DNA from: an uncultured Acidobacteriaceae bacterium
GTDB lineage: Bacteria; Acidobacteriota; Terriglobia; Terriglobales; Acidobacteriaceae
Length of the DNA: 64,000 nt
Reading direction: 5' to 3'
NCBI GenBank assembly: GCA_964235655.1
Contig: CAXSBB010000015.1
Location: 21,348 to 85,347 of the forward strand
Both the position numbers and the translations under genes were made by a program. The stretch's first letter is position 1. Every line of letters starts with the position of its first letter. Positions 49,897 to 60,067 of this stretch are shown here, piece after piece. The notes under the pieces were generated by a model. It was not told the origin of the DNA, did not search any database, and saw only the letters and a program-made list of their open reading frames with translations.

Positions 49897-50772
49897 ATGG
49901 CAATTCTAGGCTCTATCGGCCACACGCTCGAAATGATCAAGTGGGAGCACTCTATCTTTGCGCTCCCTTTTGCCTTGACAGCGGCTGTGCTTGCCGCTGA
50001 CGGCTGGCCGCATCCCATGCAACTGGTCTGGATTACAGTTTGTATGGTCTCGGCGCGGTCAGCGGCCATGGCATTTAATCGCTGGGCCGATGCGACTCTG
50101 GATGGTGCAAACCCCCGCACCGCCTTCCGCGCCATCCCGGCAGGCGTGCTCAGCCGTAAGTTTGTGGGCGGTTTTACGCTGGTCTCTGCCGTGCTGTTTC
50201 TCCTGGCAGCCTCGCAGCTCAACCGACTCACGCTCATTCTTTCGCCGCTCGCGCTCGCTGTAGTGCTTTTGTACTCCTACACCAAACGGTTTACACGCTG
50301 GTCGCATGTGTTTCTCGGGCTTGCGCTGGGTATTGCGCCGGCAGCGGCATGGATTGCCGTGCGCGGTTCGCTGGATGGGCGCATCCTGGTCCTGACTGCT
50401 GCGGTTCTGTTCTGGGTAGCAGGCTTTGACGTGTTCTACAGCTGCCAGGATGCGGAACATGATCGCGCATGCGGGCTGTACTCTGTCCCGGCGACCTTTG
50501 GAATTCCGACGGCCTTCCGGGTTGCGCGGGCCATGCATATCACCATGTTGGCGCTGCTGCTATGGCTGGTACACCTGTTTGCGCTCGGCGTGCCGGGTAT
50601 TGTCGGAGTTGCAGTGGTGGCAGCTCTGCTGCTGTATGAGCATTTTGTGATTTCGCCAAAGGATCTTTCCCGAATGAATGCGGCTTTTTTTACCCTCAAT
50701 GGCATTATCTCGATTGTTTTTTTTGCGGCGATTACCCTTGCCGTATTCCTTGAGCGGCCTCACGCAGGCTGA
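49897..50772 (+). CDS. UbiA-like polyprenyltransferase (MqnP-type)
   Basis: IKWEHSIFALPFA, NRWADATLDGANPRT, YSYTKRF, GFDVFYSCQD. Confidence 0.88.
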   Translation: MAILGSIGHTLEMIKWEHSIFALPFALTAAVLAADGWPHPMQLVWITVCMVSARSAAMAFNRWADATLDGANPRTAFRAIPAGVLSRKFVGGFTLVSAVLFLLAASQLNRLTLILSPLALAVVLLYSYTKRFTRWSHVFLGLALGIAPAAAWIAVRGSLDGRILVLTAAVLFWVAGFDVFYSCQDAEHDRACGLYSVPATFGIPTAFRVARAMHITMLALLLWLVHLFALGVPGIVGVAVVAALLLYEHFVISPKDLSRMNAAFFTLNGIISIVFFAAITLAVFLERPHAG

Positions 50773-50789
50773 AGCCGCTTGAGTAAGCT

Positions 50790-50942
50790 CTAAAGAACCG
50801 AGCGGCGACCGGAAATAATCTGGATGAGCAAAACCACAATAGCCAGTACCAGCAGGATGTGGATGTAGGCACCGACAGCATGAAAACTGACCAGACCCAC
50901 AAGCCATAAAACAAGCAAAACAACAAAGATGGTCCACAACAT
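50790..50942 (-). CDS. lmo0937-family small membrane protein (50 aa)
   Basis: MLWTIFVVLLVLWLVG..IHILLVLA..ISGRR. GGAGG RBS upstream. Confidence 0.85.
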   Translation of the reverse strand: MLWTIFVVLLVLWLVGLVSFHAVGAYIHILLVLAIVVLLIQIISGRRSVL

Positions 50943-51062
50943 GAAAATACCTCCCGTAAAATTTACGATCTCGGAATAGTATGTTGCATCAGCTTTCTGT
51001 TTGGGTGGGTTGTTGTGACTGTTCCTGTATGAATAGGTACCTGCTGCTCTAAAAAGAGGCAT

Positions 51063-51908
51063 ATGCGCATAGCGATCCAGGGTGAGCTTGGCTCTTTCAG
51101 TCACGAAGCAGCTCTGCTGTTTGCACCGGAACTTGGCCTGGAGGATGAGGCTCCAGAACTGCACACTTGTGCGCTCTCGGCTGAGGTCTTCCAGCAGCTC
51201 GTAAACGGCGATGCCGATGCCGCCGTGGTTCCTATTGAAAACTCCCTGGCAGGCTCCGTGCTGGAGCACTACGACCTTTTGCTTGCCTCGCCGGTTCGCA
51301 TTGAGGCAGAAAGGCTGTTGCGGATTCGCCACCAGCTGATTGCCGCACCGGGAAGAACGCTTGAGGAGATATGCGAGGTCTACTCGCACCCGGTAGCATT
51401 AGCTCAATGCCGCCGTCTTTTTGAGGACCATCCCGCGCTTAAGGCCGTGCCGTATTACGACACCGCAGGTTCAGTGGCCCATGCTGTGAAACTCGGCGGC
51501 TGCACAGCGGCAATTGCCGGTCAATATGCGGCACAGGTATATGGCGGGGAGGTGCTGCTGGCTGATGTGGAAGATCACGCGGCCAACTACACCCGCTTTC
51601 TACTGCTTCGCACAGATGCTGCTTCGGCTATCAACAAACCGGTCAAAAATAAGGTATCCATCGCGTTTGCTGTTCCAAACCGACCGGGGTCGCTGGTAGA
51701 GGCGCTTGCGATCTTCGCGCGCCACGACCTTAATCTCACTCGCCTGGAATCGCGGCCTGTGCCCGGCTCTCCCTGGGAGTACGTGTTTTATGCCGATTAT
51801 CAGATCGGCGGCGAAGAACAGGCGGCGCAGGCCCTGGCCGAGATGACGCAGGTCTGCTCGCTGGTTAAAGAGCTTGGCCGGTATGCTGCAGCTGTTTCCA
51901 TCCGTTAG
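51063..51908 (+). CDS. pheA: Prephenate dehydratase
   Basis: IAIQGELGSFS, PIENSLAGSV, SHPVALAQC, NYTRF, LTRLESRP. Confidence 0.95.
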   Translation: MRIAIQGELGSFSHEAALLFAPELGLEDEAPELHTCALSAEVFQQLVNGDADAAVVPIENSLAGSVLEHYDLLLASPVRIEAERLLRIRHQLIAAPGRTLEEICEVYSHPVALAQCRRLFEDHPALKAVPYYDTAGSVAHAVKLGGCTAAIAGQYAAQVYGGEVLLADVEDHAANYTRFLLLRTDAASAINKPVKNKVSIAFAVPNRPGSLVEALAIFARHDLNLTRLESRPVPGSPWEYVFYADYQIGGEEQAAQALAEMTQVCSLVKELGRYAAAVSIR

Positions 51909-52217
51909 GCAGCACCTCTTGTAGTTCGCCGGTAGATGGAGGAGCACTGTGCCGCAGGTACCAAGGTTTTGAACTCTGAGCCTCTTGGGAATCTGGGGTA
52001 CCTTGGTGCCGGGTTTCAAGCTTTTTCCTGATAGTTTCTTCTATTTTCGCCGATACAACTGGAAATACGAGAGCAGCCGCAACTCAGGCTTCCAGCATAC
52101 ACATTCCTCCGTCCGGCAGGTCACTGCGAAAACAGATGCAGTGACTTGCCGGAACTTTGTCGCATCGAATCTCAAGCTGCGGCGTCCAATAGAGGTAATT
52201 TGATAGAGGTTGACTCA

Positions 52218-54674
52218 ATGCCGAGTGATTTTTTAAGTATTATCCGCCCCAGCGGTCCGACCCAACGCACGGATCGTAGTGAGCAGAGCTCTAACAAGAA
52301 GCGAACGTTGCCTGTTCTTCCTTTGCGCGACACCGTATTGTTTCCGCATGCTGTTCTACCGCTTACCGTAGGCAGAGAAGGTTCTATCCAGCTCATCCAG
52401 TCACTGGGTGAGGAAAAGACCATTGTTGTAGTGGCTCAGCGTGATTCGCGTATGGATGCGCCGCAGCCCTCAGACTTGCACACCTACGGCACAGTGGCGA
52501 CAGTGCACAAAGTCGTAAAGATGCCGAATCAGAGCCTGTTTGTCTTCACAGAAGGCGTAGAGCGGGTTAAGCTGACTGATTTTGAACAGCTGGAACCGTT
52601 TATGACGGCCACAGTTGAGCCTGTGCCGGAGAGCGGGTCGCCGACAGGGCCGGAGCTTGAGGCTTTGCTGCGCAATATCGTCTCTGATTTTCAGCAGATT
52701 GTTGCTGCTTCACCCACCTTGTCGGACGAACTGCAGGCAATTGCGGCGCAGATTGATGATGGAGCACGGCTGGCTGATTTTGTTGCCTCATCCCTGCCGT
52801 TTCTTTCAACAGCCGACAAGCAGGAGCTTCTGGAAACTCCGGACATTCAGGCGCGCCTGGAGCGCGTGAACAAGCACTTGGCCAAAGAGGTTGAGGTCCA
52901 GTCGCTGCGCAACAAAATTCAGTCTGAAGTGCAGGATCAGGTACAAAACTCGCAGCGCGACTATTACCTGCGCGAGCAGATGAAGGCGATCCAGAAGGAG
53001 CTTGGCGAAGGCGACGATGGGCAGCGTGATATTGAGGAGTTGCGCGAGAAAATTGAAGCGTCCGGCATGCCTGCCGATACGCTGAAGGAAGCTCTGAAGG
53101 AGCTGAACCGGTTAGCGCGCATGTCGCCTATGGCGGCAGACTACTCGCTGACTCGCAACTATATCGAGTGGCTTGCAGTGCTGCCTTGGGCCAAGAGCAC
53201 CGGCGGCACTATCGATCTTGTCCTAGCTAAGGAAGTGCTGGACGAGGATCACTATGAATTGCGTAAGGTTAAGGACCGAATTCTGGACTACCTTGCGGTT
53301 CGCAGGTTGAAGCCGGACATGAAGGGGCCGATCCTGTGCTTTGTCGGACCTCCGGGCGTGGGCAAGACCTCGCTGGGCCGGTCGATTGCGCGCTCGCTGG
53401 GCCGCAAATTTCAGCGGCTATCGCTTGGCGGTATGCACGATGAGGCAGAAATCCGCGGGCACCGGCGTACTTACATCGGCGCGCTGCCGGGGCAGATTAT
53501 CCAAAATATCAAACGCGCGGGGACGAACGATCCGGTGCTGCTGCTTGACGAAATCGATAAGCTGGGCCGCGATTTCCGCGGAGATCCATCTGCGGCGCTG
53601 CTTGAGACGCTGGACCCGGAGCAGAACTCGACGTTCCGCGACAACTACCTCGACCAACCATTCGATTTGTCGAAGGTGCTCTTTATCTGCACTGCGAACC
53701 AGCTCGATACAATCCCCGAGCCGCTGCGTGACCGGATGGAGATCATCGAGCTTTCCGGCTACTCCGAAGAGGAGAAACGGAACATCGCGATGCGCTACAT
53801 TGTGCCCCGGCAAACCAAGGAGAATGGGCTGACGCCTGAGCAAATTGAAATCCCGGAGGACTCTATCGGCTTTATCGTGCGGCACTACACACGCGAAGCC
53901 GGAGTTCGCAGGTTGGAGCAATTAATCGGTACAGTGTGCCGCAAGCAGGCGCGCCGTATCGCAGAAGGCAAGACAGACAAGCTGGTAGTGACTCGTGAGA
54001 CCGTGCAGGAGTTTCTGGGCGGTATCAAGGTACGGGTCGATATGGAGTTGGCTGAGCGTACCGCACGGCCCGGCGTTGCAGTCGGCTTGGCCTGGACGCC
54101 CGCCGGTGGTGATGTGCTCTTCATTGAAGCCAACAAGATGAAGGGCAAGGGCGGTTTCACCATGACCGGGCAAATCGGCCAGGTCATGCAGGAGTCCATG
54201 CAAGCCGCGCTCACCTGGGTCCGCTCCAACGCGGTCTCGATTGGTTTATCGGAGGACTTTACCAAGGACATCGATTTGCACATCCATGTGCCGGCCGGTG
54301 GTATCCCCAAGGATGGCCCCTCGGCGGGCGTCACCATGGCAACTGCCCTGGTCTCCCTGCTTACGGACCGCCCGGTGCATCCATTGATTGCCATGACCGG
54401 CGAAATCACACTATCCGGTAATGTGCTGCCGGTCGGTGGCATTAAGGAGAAGTTCCTTGCCGCCAAGCGCGCCGGTGTCAGGCACGTCATCCTTCCCGCG
54501 GATGTGCAGCAGAATGTCGAAGAGGATTTGCTGCCGGCACAAACTGAAGGTGTGACAATCTACTACGCGAGGCGAATTGAGGATGTGCTCGCCATTGCTC
54601 TGCCGAAGAACCCCGTAGAGGTTCAGGTAGATGAGCTTGTGCGTGAAGAAGTACTGGAGCACGCGGACGCATAA
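52218..54674 (+). CDS. lon: Lon protease (endopeptidase La)
   Basis: LPLRDTVLFP, GPPGVGKTS, HRRTYIGALPG, PKDGPSAG, GGIKEK. Confidence 0.97.
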   Translation: MPSDFLSIIRPSGPTQRTDRSEQSSNKKRTLPVLPLRDTVLFPHAVLPLTVGREGSIQLIQSLGEEKTIVVVAQRDSRMDAPQPSDLHTYGTVATVHKVVKMPNQSLFVFTEGVERVKLTDFEQLEPFMTATVEPVPESGSPTGPELEALLRNIVSDFQQIVAASPTLSDELQAIAAQIDDGARLADFVASSLPFLSTADKQELLETPDIQARLERVNKHLAKEVEVQSLRNKIQSEVQDQVQNSQRDYYLREQMKAIQKELGEGDDGQRDIEELREKIEASGMPADTLKEALKELNRLARMSPMAADYSLTRNYIEWLAVLPWAKSTGGTIDLVLAKEVLDEDHYELRKVKDRILDYLAVRRLKPDMKGPILCFVGPPGVGKTSLGRSIARSLGRKFQRLSLGGMHDEAEIRGHRRTYIGALPGQIIQNIKRAGTNDPVLLLDEIDKLGRDFRGDPSAALLETLDPEQNSTFRDNYLDQPFDLSKVLFICTANQLDTIPEPLRDRMEIIELSGYSEEEKRNIAMRYIVPRQTKENGLTPEQIEIPEDSIGFIVRHYTREAGVRRLEQLIGTVCRKQARRIAEGKTDKLVVTRETVQEFLGGIKVRVDMELAERTARPGVAVGLAWTPAGGDVLFIEANKMKGKGGFTMTGQIGQVMQESMQAALTWVRSNAVSIGLSEDFTKDIDLHIHVPAGGIPKDGPSAGVTMATALVSLLTDRPVHPLIAMTGEITLSGNVLPVGGIKEKFLAAKRAGVRHVILPADVQQNVEEDLLPAQTEGVTIYYARRIEDVLAIALPKNPVEVQVDELVREEVLEHADA

Positions 54675-54689
54675 AACAGTTTGCCCCTT

Positions 54690-54720
54690 AGGAAAGAGTT
54701 CCACTGCGGAACTCTTTCCT
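54690..54720 (+). terminator. Strong hairpin downstream of lon (probable terminator)
   Basis: Perfect 13-bp inverted repeat AGGAAAGAGTTCC-ACTGC-GGAACTCTTTCCT. Lacks a long U tract. Confidence 0.65.
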
Positions 54721-54785
54721 GAAACTGGAATGCATCTTCAGTCCGGTCTTAGCACCTTGAAAACTCGCTAAGTTTTTACGGGATA

Positions 54786-55985
54786 ATGAGGACACCTGTG
54801 ATGGACCTCAAAGAGCCTCAAGCCACTGTAAGCGGTCCGACCACATCGGCGAAGCCTTCTCTCCTTTTACGGCACATGCCATCGCTGGACTCCCTTCGCG
54901 GAGTTGCCGTGTTGATGGTGGTCTTATTCCATGGTTTTGCCGGCTTTAACTGGCGCGCAGCATACGGCGGCTTTTGGGGCAGCCTCCTGGCTTCATTGGT
55001 GAACTGCGGGCAGTTCGGCGTGGATGTTTTCTTTGTACTCTCAGGCTTTCTCATTACCGGCCTGCTTCTAAAAGCGCGTGAGCAAACTAACTACTATAAA
55101 GATTTTTACATCCGCCGCATCCTTCGTATTGTTCCGGCGTACCTGCTCCTGCTCCTGATCCTGAAGCTCTGGCACATTATCGACTTCCGATTTGTACTTG
55201 CTGCTGTGCTTTTTCTTGCCAACTTTTCAAGGCTGTTCGGTGCGCCTTTGAATGAATATGGATCTTTGTGGTCGCTGGCTGTGGAGGAGCACTTTTATCT
55301 TCTTTGGCCTGCTTGTGTACGGCGTTTTCGTCAGAGAACTTTGTTCCATCTGCTTGCTGCCACGCTGCTTGTAGAGCCGCTTCTCCGGCTAATTGCCATC
55401 CACATCAGCGAGCACATCGATATTCATTACAAAACACCTTTTGTACTTGACTTTATCGCCTATGGAGCCCTGCTTTCGTTGCTCGTGCAATCAAAGTACA
55501 TACACCGGACGAACGTGGTACGAATCGGCAATGCCTTGGTGGCGGCTTCCGGCACGCTGGTTGCAGTGTTGATCTGGATGTCTGCGTTTCACCATAACCT
55601 GGCTGTATTAGCCCTGGCAGATCTGCCGTTTACATGGGGTACCTGTGGACTTATACTGCTGGGTTTACAGCGAGACCATTTACAGCTGGAGCGTACTGGA
55701 AATACCCAGTCAAAAGGGTTTTTACCTTTTTACGGCTACATCAGCTACGGCCTTTACCTTATCAATGTGCTTGTCTATGACAGGATGAAAGTGTTTGTAA
55801 GCCACCGCATCAGGCCGGAACTTTTCGGAAACCTACTGTTTTTCTCATCAGCGATCTTGGTGTGTATCGCAATTTCTACCGGCCTTGCCTACCTTTCACG
55901 GCGCTATTTCGAAGCACCTATCATGAGCCTGAAAAGTCGTCGGCAGAACCGGTTTTCAAAACCTGAAGCAGCGATGCCAAGCTAA
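54786..55985 (+). CDS. Acyltransferase family 3
   Basis: SLDSLRGVA, GVDVFFVLSGFLIT, FYIRRILRI, WSLAVEEHFY, ISYGLYL. Confidence 0.9.
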   Translation: MRTPVMDLKEPQATVSGPTTSAKPSLLLRHMPSLDSLRGVAVLMVVLFHGFAGFNWRAAYGGFWGSLLASLVNCGQFGVDVFFVLSGFLITGLLLKAREQTNYYKDFYIRRILRIVPAYLLLLLILKLWHIIDFRFVLAAVLFLANFSRLFGAPLNEYGSLWSLAVEEHFYLLWPACVRRFRQRTLFHLLAATLLVEPLLRLIAIHISEHIDIHYKTPFVLDFIAYGALLSLLVQSKYIHRTNVVRIGNALVAASGTLVAVLIWMSAFHHNLAVLALADLPFTWGTCGLILLGLQRDHLQLERTGNTQSKGFLPFYGYISYGLYLINVLVYDRMKVFVSHRIRPELFGNLLFFSSAILVCIAISTGLAYLSRRYFEAPIMSLKSRRQNRFSKPEAAMPS

Positions 55986-56003
55986 GTGAGCTATCGCATA
56001 AAG

Positions 56004-59000
56004 CTAAGCGAAAGCAAGCTCCCTCTGCGGCCGGTTCCGCGATCCGCTTCGTTCCTCCAGCCGTACGCTGATGAGTTTAGAGACACCGGGCTCCTGCATC
56101 GTGACGCCGTAGATCATGTCGGCACCGGTCATCATGCGTTTGGAATGGGTCACCATAACAAACTGCGTGTCACCGGCCATGGAGCGCAGCATGTCCGCAA
56201 GGCGGCCCACATTGGTCTCATCAAGGGGTGCATCCACTTCGTCCAGCACACAAAACGGGGCGGGTTGAAACTGGAAAATTCCCATCAGCAGCGAAAGGGC
56301 GGTGAGAGCCTTTTCTCCGCCGGACAGTAGGAAGACATTCTGGAGCTTCTTGCCGGGAGGCTGCGCCACGATGTCGATGCCTGAATCCACTGAGTTGTCC
56401 TCATCCGTCAGGCGCATGGAGGCCGTACCACCGTCAAAGAGCCGCGCAAAAACCTCAGTGAAGTTTTCATTGATCCGCGCGAATGCTTCGTCAAATTTCA
56501 AGCGTGAAATCCCGTCAAGCTCCTTGATGGTGGAACGAGTGTTTTCAATGGAGTCCAGCAGGTCCTGTCGCTGTACCTCAAGAAAGCTGTGCCGCTGATG
56601 GCTTTCCTCAAACTCCTCAAGCGCCATCATGTTCACTGGACCCATGGCTTCCATGCGGCGTTTCAGCTCACGGCAGGCTTCCTCTTCCGCTCCCAGCAGC
56701 TCAGGCGCAAGCGGTTTGAATCCGTCTTCGAGAGTACCCGCGCGCAATGCATCGACATCCAACCCCAGATCTTGAAGGGAAGCTTCGGCCAGGTGGGCCA
56801 GCTCGGAGGTGAGCCGGGCTTCCGCTGTGAAGTGCGTTCCGCGTTGCTCACGAGCAGCCGTAATCGCACTGCGAAGTTCCCTCAGCAACGCTTCTGTATC
56901 GCTAAGCCGTGTTCGCAGCCCCGCTTGCTCCTCGGTCAGAATATGCACCCGGGCTTCCGCCGCTTCCCGCATCAGCCGCAGCTCCACTTGCCGCCCAGCC
57001 AGAGCTTCATTCTCCTCTTCACGCGTCGCTTGCTCCGTCTCCGCACCGGCTAGCTGCTGCTCAAGCTGGGCTGCGCGGCGACCTGCTTCGGCAAACATGC
57101 GATCGATGCGAGAGAAGCTTCCTTCCGCGCCGCGCCGCCGTTCCTGGAGCCCCGCAAGTTCAACAGCAAGTTCGGCGGCAGCAGCCTGCGCTTCATCGCG
57201 GGTTAGCCGGGCCACGGCGACAGCCTGCTGCAATTGCTCCTGGCGCGCCTCAGCGGCCTGATGCATGTGCTCCAGTCGCTGCGCGTCTTGAGCCTTGCGG
57301 CCAATCAACGCTGCTTTCTCCTCGCGCTGCTGCCGTGCCCGCTCCTCCTGTAGAACGCATTCCCCTACCCGCCGCTCAAGCCGTTGCTTCTCGCCATCCA
57401 TCTGGCGCAGGGCTGCGCTTTCATGTGCAACGGTGCGCTCAGCATCTCGGCGCTGCCCGGTGCCCGCTTCCAGCTTATGTGCCAGCTCCCCAACGGCTTG
57501 AGCCATTGCAGCAGTCCGCAGCTCCACATGTGCAAGCTCAGCTTCGGCGGTGTTCAATCTGGCTTGCGCCTCGCGCAGCTCGCGCTTGAGCGCCAAAGGT
57601 CCCTCAGCGCGTGGTTTGCCGCCGCTTACCGTCACGTTGTGGAAACACTCGCCGCTTGCAGCCAGGAAAAAAGCGCTTGGGTGTTCCAGTGCCAGCGTCC
57701 GTGCCGCGGCGGTATCCTCTATCACGTAGCCCTCGCGCACTTTGAGCAAGATCGTTTCAAGCGGGGTGTCAAAGCCATCCAGCACCCGGATACAGTCTTT
57801 CAGCCGTATGGCTCTCTCGGGCAGACTTATACCGTCATTCGCGCCGTCATTCGTGCCGTCATTCGTATCCAGGCCCGCGGAGGACCGGGCGTGTGATGCT
57901 TCCGGATGCACCAGGAAGGTAGCGCGCCCATCCAGATCGCCTTTCAGCAGCCGCACACCTTCATCCGCGGCTTCCCAGCTTTTTACAACAAGGTAGTTGA
58001 GCTCGTCGCGCAGAAACTCATCAACAACAGCCTCGTACCGATCGCTGACTTCCACAAAGTCGGCTAACGTACCCATCGGCTTCAGCCCGCCGGACAGCGA
58101 GTTCGCCCGGAGCAGCTTTTTTACAGTGTCGGTTGAGTAGCTATGCTCACGCAGCAACGTATCAAGCGAGTTGCGCCGGCCCGTGAGTGTCGCCTGCTCT
58201 GAGCGCAAGCTGTCGCTTCGCCGACGGTTCTCCCGCTCCTCGACCTGTCCGGCGGCAAGCTCTGTCCGGGTAGTGGCTATTTCAGCTTCAAGCTGCTTCA
58301 GAGCTTGGGTGGCGGCCTCAAACCGTAACGAGATCCGTTCCCGCTCTATGCCAAGCGCTTGCAAGTCCCGCCCGGCAATTTCGAGCTCACCGGCAACACG
58401 GCTCCTATCGCGGTCCATAGAGGCAAGCGACTCTTCGGCCTGCACCTGTTCTCGCCGAGCCTGCCCCAGCTGATGCAGGAACTGCATAGCCTCACGCCGG
58501 GCGCCTTCCACATTGCTTTCCAACAGGCTCACCGCTGCAAGCGCTTCGCGTGCCCGATTCCGGCGCGCTTCGGCCTCTGCCTGAATCGTTTCTATCTCCG
58601 CTGCCACGGTTTGTAAAAATGCCTGCCCCTGCTTACGTTCCACTTCGAGCCCGACAAGCTGCTCGCGCGCCTGGGTTAGATCCCTTTCCCCTGAAGCGGT
58701 GCGCGCCTGCAAGTCCGCGATGCGCTCCAGATTAGCGGCGTGGCGGCTGCGCGCCCGTTCAAGCTCCACCGCGCTCTCATTGGCCATGCGGTTCTGTTCG
58801 CGGGCCTGGGCGTCGAGCGCATAGCCTTCTTGCTGCCCGGTTACTACTTCGGCCTGCAAGCCCTCAATCTCATTAGCCTGCTCGTTGATTTGTGAAGAGA
58901 GCTCCGCAATCTCCAGGCTAAGCGTTTGCGCTTCCCCCTCCATGCCCACCAGCTTGCCGGCCAGCACAGTGTGTAGCCGCGTGCGTAGCTCATCGCGCAT

Positions 59001-59894
59001 CAGTCCATAACGCTCGGCTTTAGCGGCCTGGCGCTTCAGCGTTGCCATCTGTTTTGCCACTTCATCGAAGATGTCGTCGATGCGGGCGAGATTTTGCCGC
59101 GCCTGCTCCAGACGCAGTTCCGCCAGGCGCTTTTTCGTTTTGAAGCGTGTGATTCCGGCGGCTTCCTCGATAATGGCGCGACGGTCATGGGGCTTTGAAC
59201 TCAGCAGCTGACCGATTCGTTCCTGGCCGATGATGGCGTAGGACTCAGGGCCGAGTCCGGTGCCCATGAAGATGTCGCGGATATCGGCCAGCCGGCACAA
59301 CTTACCGTTGAGCAGGTACTCGCTGTCCCCGGTGCGAAACAGCCGCCGAGTGACCACGATCTCACCCCGGCGCGCCGTCTTCTCGAACTTGCGACGGCGG
59401 ATTTTTAGTACGACATCGACATCGGGATTGCTGTCTCCAATGTCGGTTGTTTCCTCCGTGCCATCGGCAGCAACTCCGGCGGCAACTCCAGGCTGCGACT
59501 GCGCGATCCACTGCTCGGCTTCCTCAGCATGGCTTTGGCGCAGCTTCGCCTCATCCCAGTCAGCGTCGCCTGCCTTGCCTGCAACCATTCCAGGCACAAC
59601 CGGCAACGGTCCATCCCCATAGATATCAGGGTCAATCAGGGTAATGGAGACCTCGGCCATGCCCAATGCTTTACGGTCGCGGGTGCCTGCGAAGATGACG
59701 TCTTCCATCTTGCCGCCGCGCAGCGACTTGGCGCTTTGCTCGCCCAGCACCCACGTTACCCCATCCAGGATGTTTGATTTGCCGCAGCCGTTCGGTCCTA
59801 CAATGACAGCGATGCCTTCACCGGGCAGGCTTACTTCTGTCCTGTCGCAAAAGGATTTAAAGCCCAGAAGCTGAATTTTTCTAAGTTTGAGCAA
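56004..59894 (-). CDS. smc: Chromosome segregation protein SMC
   Basis: GFKSF, GPNGCGKSN, coiled coils with central hinge, GPVNMMALEE, LSGGEK, LDEVDAPLD. TTG start. Confidence 0.96.
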   Translation of the reverse strand: MLKLRKIQLLGFKSFCDRTEVSLPGEGIAVIVGPNGCGKSNILDGVTWVLGEQSAKSLRGGKMEDVIFAGTRDRKALGMAEVSITLIDPDIYGDGPLPVVPGMVAGKAGDADWDEAKLRQSHAEEAEQWIAQSQPGVAAGVAADGTEETTDIGDSNPDVDVVLKIRRRKFEKTARRGEIVVTRRLFRTGDSEYLLNGKLCRLADIRDIFMGTGLGPESYAIIGQERIGQLLSSKPHDRRAIIEEAAGITRFKTKKRLAELRLEQARQNLARIDDIFDEVAKQMATLKRQAAKAERYGLMRDELRTRLHTVLAGKLVGMEGEAQTLSLEIAELSSQINEQANEIEGLQAEVVTGQQEGYALDAQAREQNRMANESAVELERARSRHAANLERIADLQARTASGERDLTQAREQLVGLEVERKQGQAFLQTVAAEIETIQAEAEARRNRAREALAAVSLLESNVEGARREAMQFLHQLGQARREQVQAEESLASMDRDRSRVAGELEIAGRDLQALGIERERISLRFEAATQALKQLEAEIATTRTELAAGQVEERENRRRSDSLRSEQATLTGRRNSLDTLLREHSYSTDTVKKLLRANSLSGGLKPMGTLADFVEVSDRYEAVVDEFLRDELNYLVVKSWEAADEGVRLLKGDLDGRATFLVHPEASHARSSAGLDTNDGTNDGANDGISLPERAIRLKDCIRVLDGFDTPLETILLKVREGYVIEDTAAARTLALEHPSAFFLAASGECFHNVTVSGGKPRAEGPLALKRELREAQARLNTAEAELAHVELRTAAMAQAVGELAHKLEAGTGQRRDAERTVAHESAALRQMDGEKQRLERRVGECVLQEERARQQREEKAALIGRKAQDAQRLEHMHQAAEARQEQLQQAVAVARLTRDEAQAAAAELAVELAGLQERRRGAEGSFSRIDRMFAEAGRRAAQLEQQLAGAETEQATREEENEALAGRQVELRLMREAAEARVHILTEEQAGLRTRLSDTEALLRELRSAITAAREQRGTHFTAEARLTSELAHLAEASLQDLGLDVDALRAGTLEDGFKPLAPELLGAEEEACRELKRRMEAMGPVNMMALEEFEESHQRHSFLEVQRQDLLDSIENTRSTIKELDGISRLKFDEAFARINENFTEVFARLFDGGTASMRLTDEDNSVDSGIDIVAQPPGKKLQNVFLLSGGEKALTALSLLMGIFQFQPAPFCVLDEVDAPLDETNVGRLADMLRSMAGDTQFVMVTHSKRMMTGADMIYGVTMQEPGVSKLISVRLEERSGSRNRPQRELAFA
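57832..57867. repeat. 3 x 12-bp in-frame tandem repeat inside the smc hinge region
   Basis: CCGTCATTCGCG / CCGTCATTCGTG / CCGTCATTCGTA, encoding TNDG-TNDG-ANDG. Confidence 0.85.
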
Positions 59895-60067
59895 GGCCGT
59901 TGCAACTCCTTGGAAAGGGGAACATACAGCAAAGAGTATGCGGTGTCACGCTTCCGAAGCAAGCACACCTCCTGCGAGGTAACCCCTCAGACTATTTCCA
60001 ATCACGAATCGTGCGGCACGAAACGCAATCCCGGTCGAAATGCCGGATGATTTGCATCTTCTCTTTC

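Noticed and set aside
50943-51389. N-terminal extension of the 199-aa minus-strand ORF
   Set aside because: Overlaps pheA. Only the last 50 codons match a known small-protein family with its own RBS.
54749-54771. TTAGCAC...GCTAA resembling a CIRCE element near lon
   Set aside because: Spacing is wrong (23 versus 27 bp), the arms are imperfect, and it lies downstream of lon.
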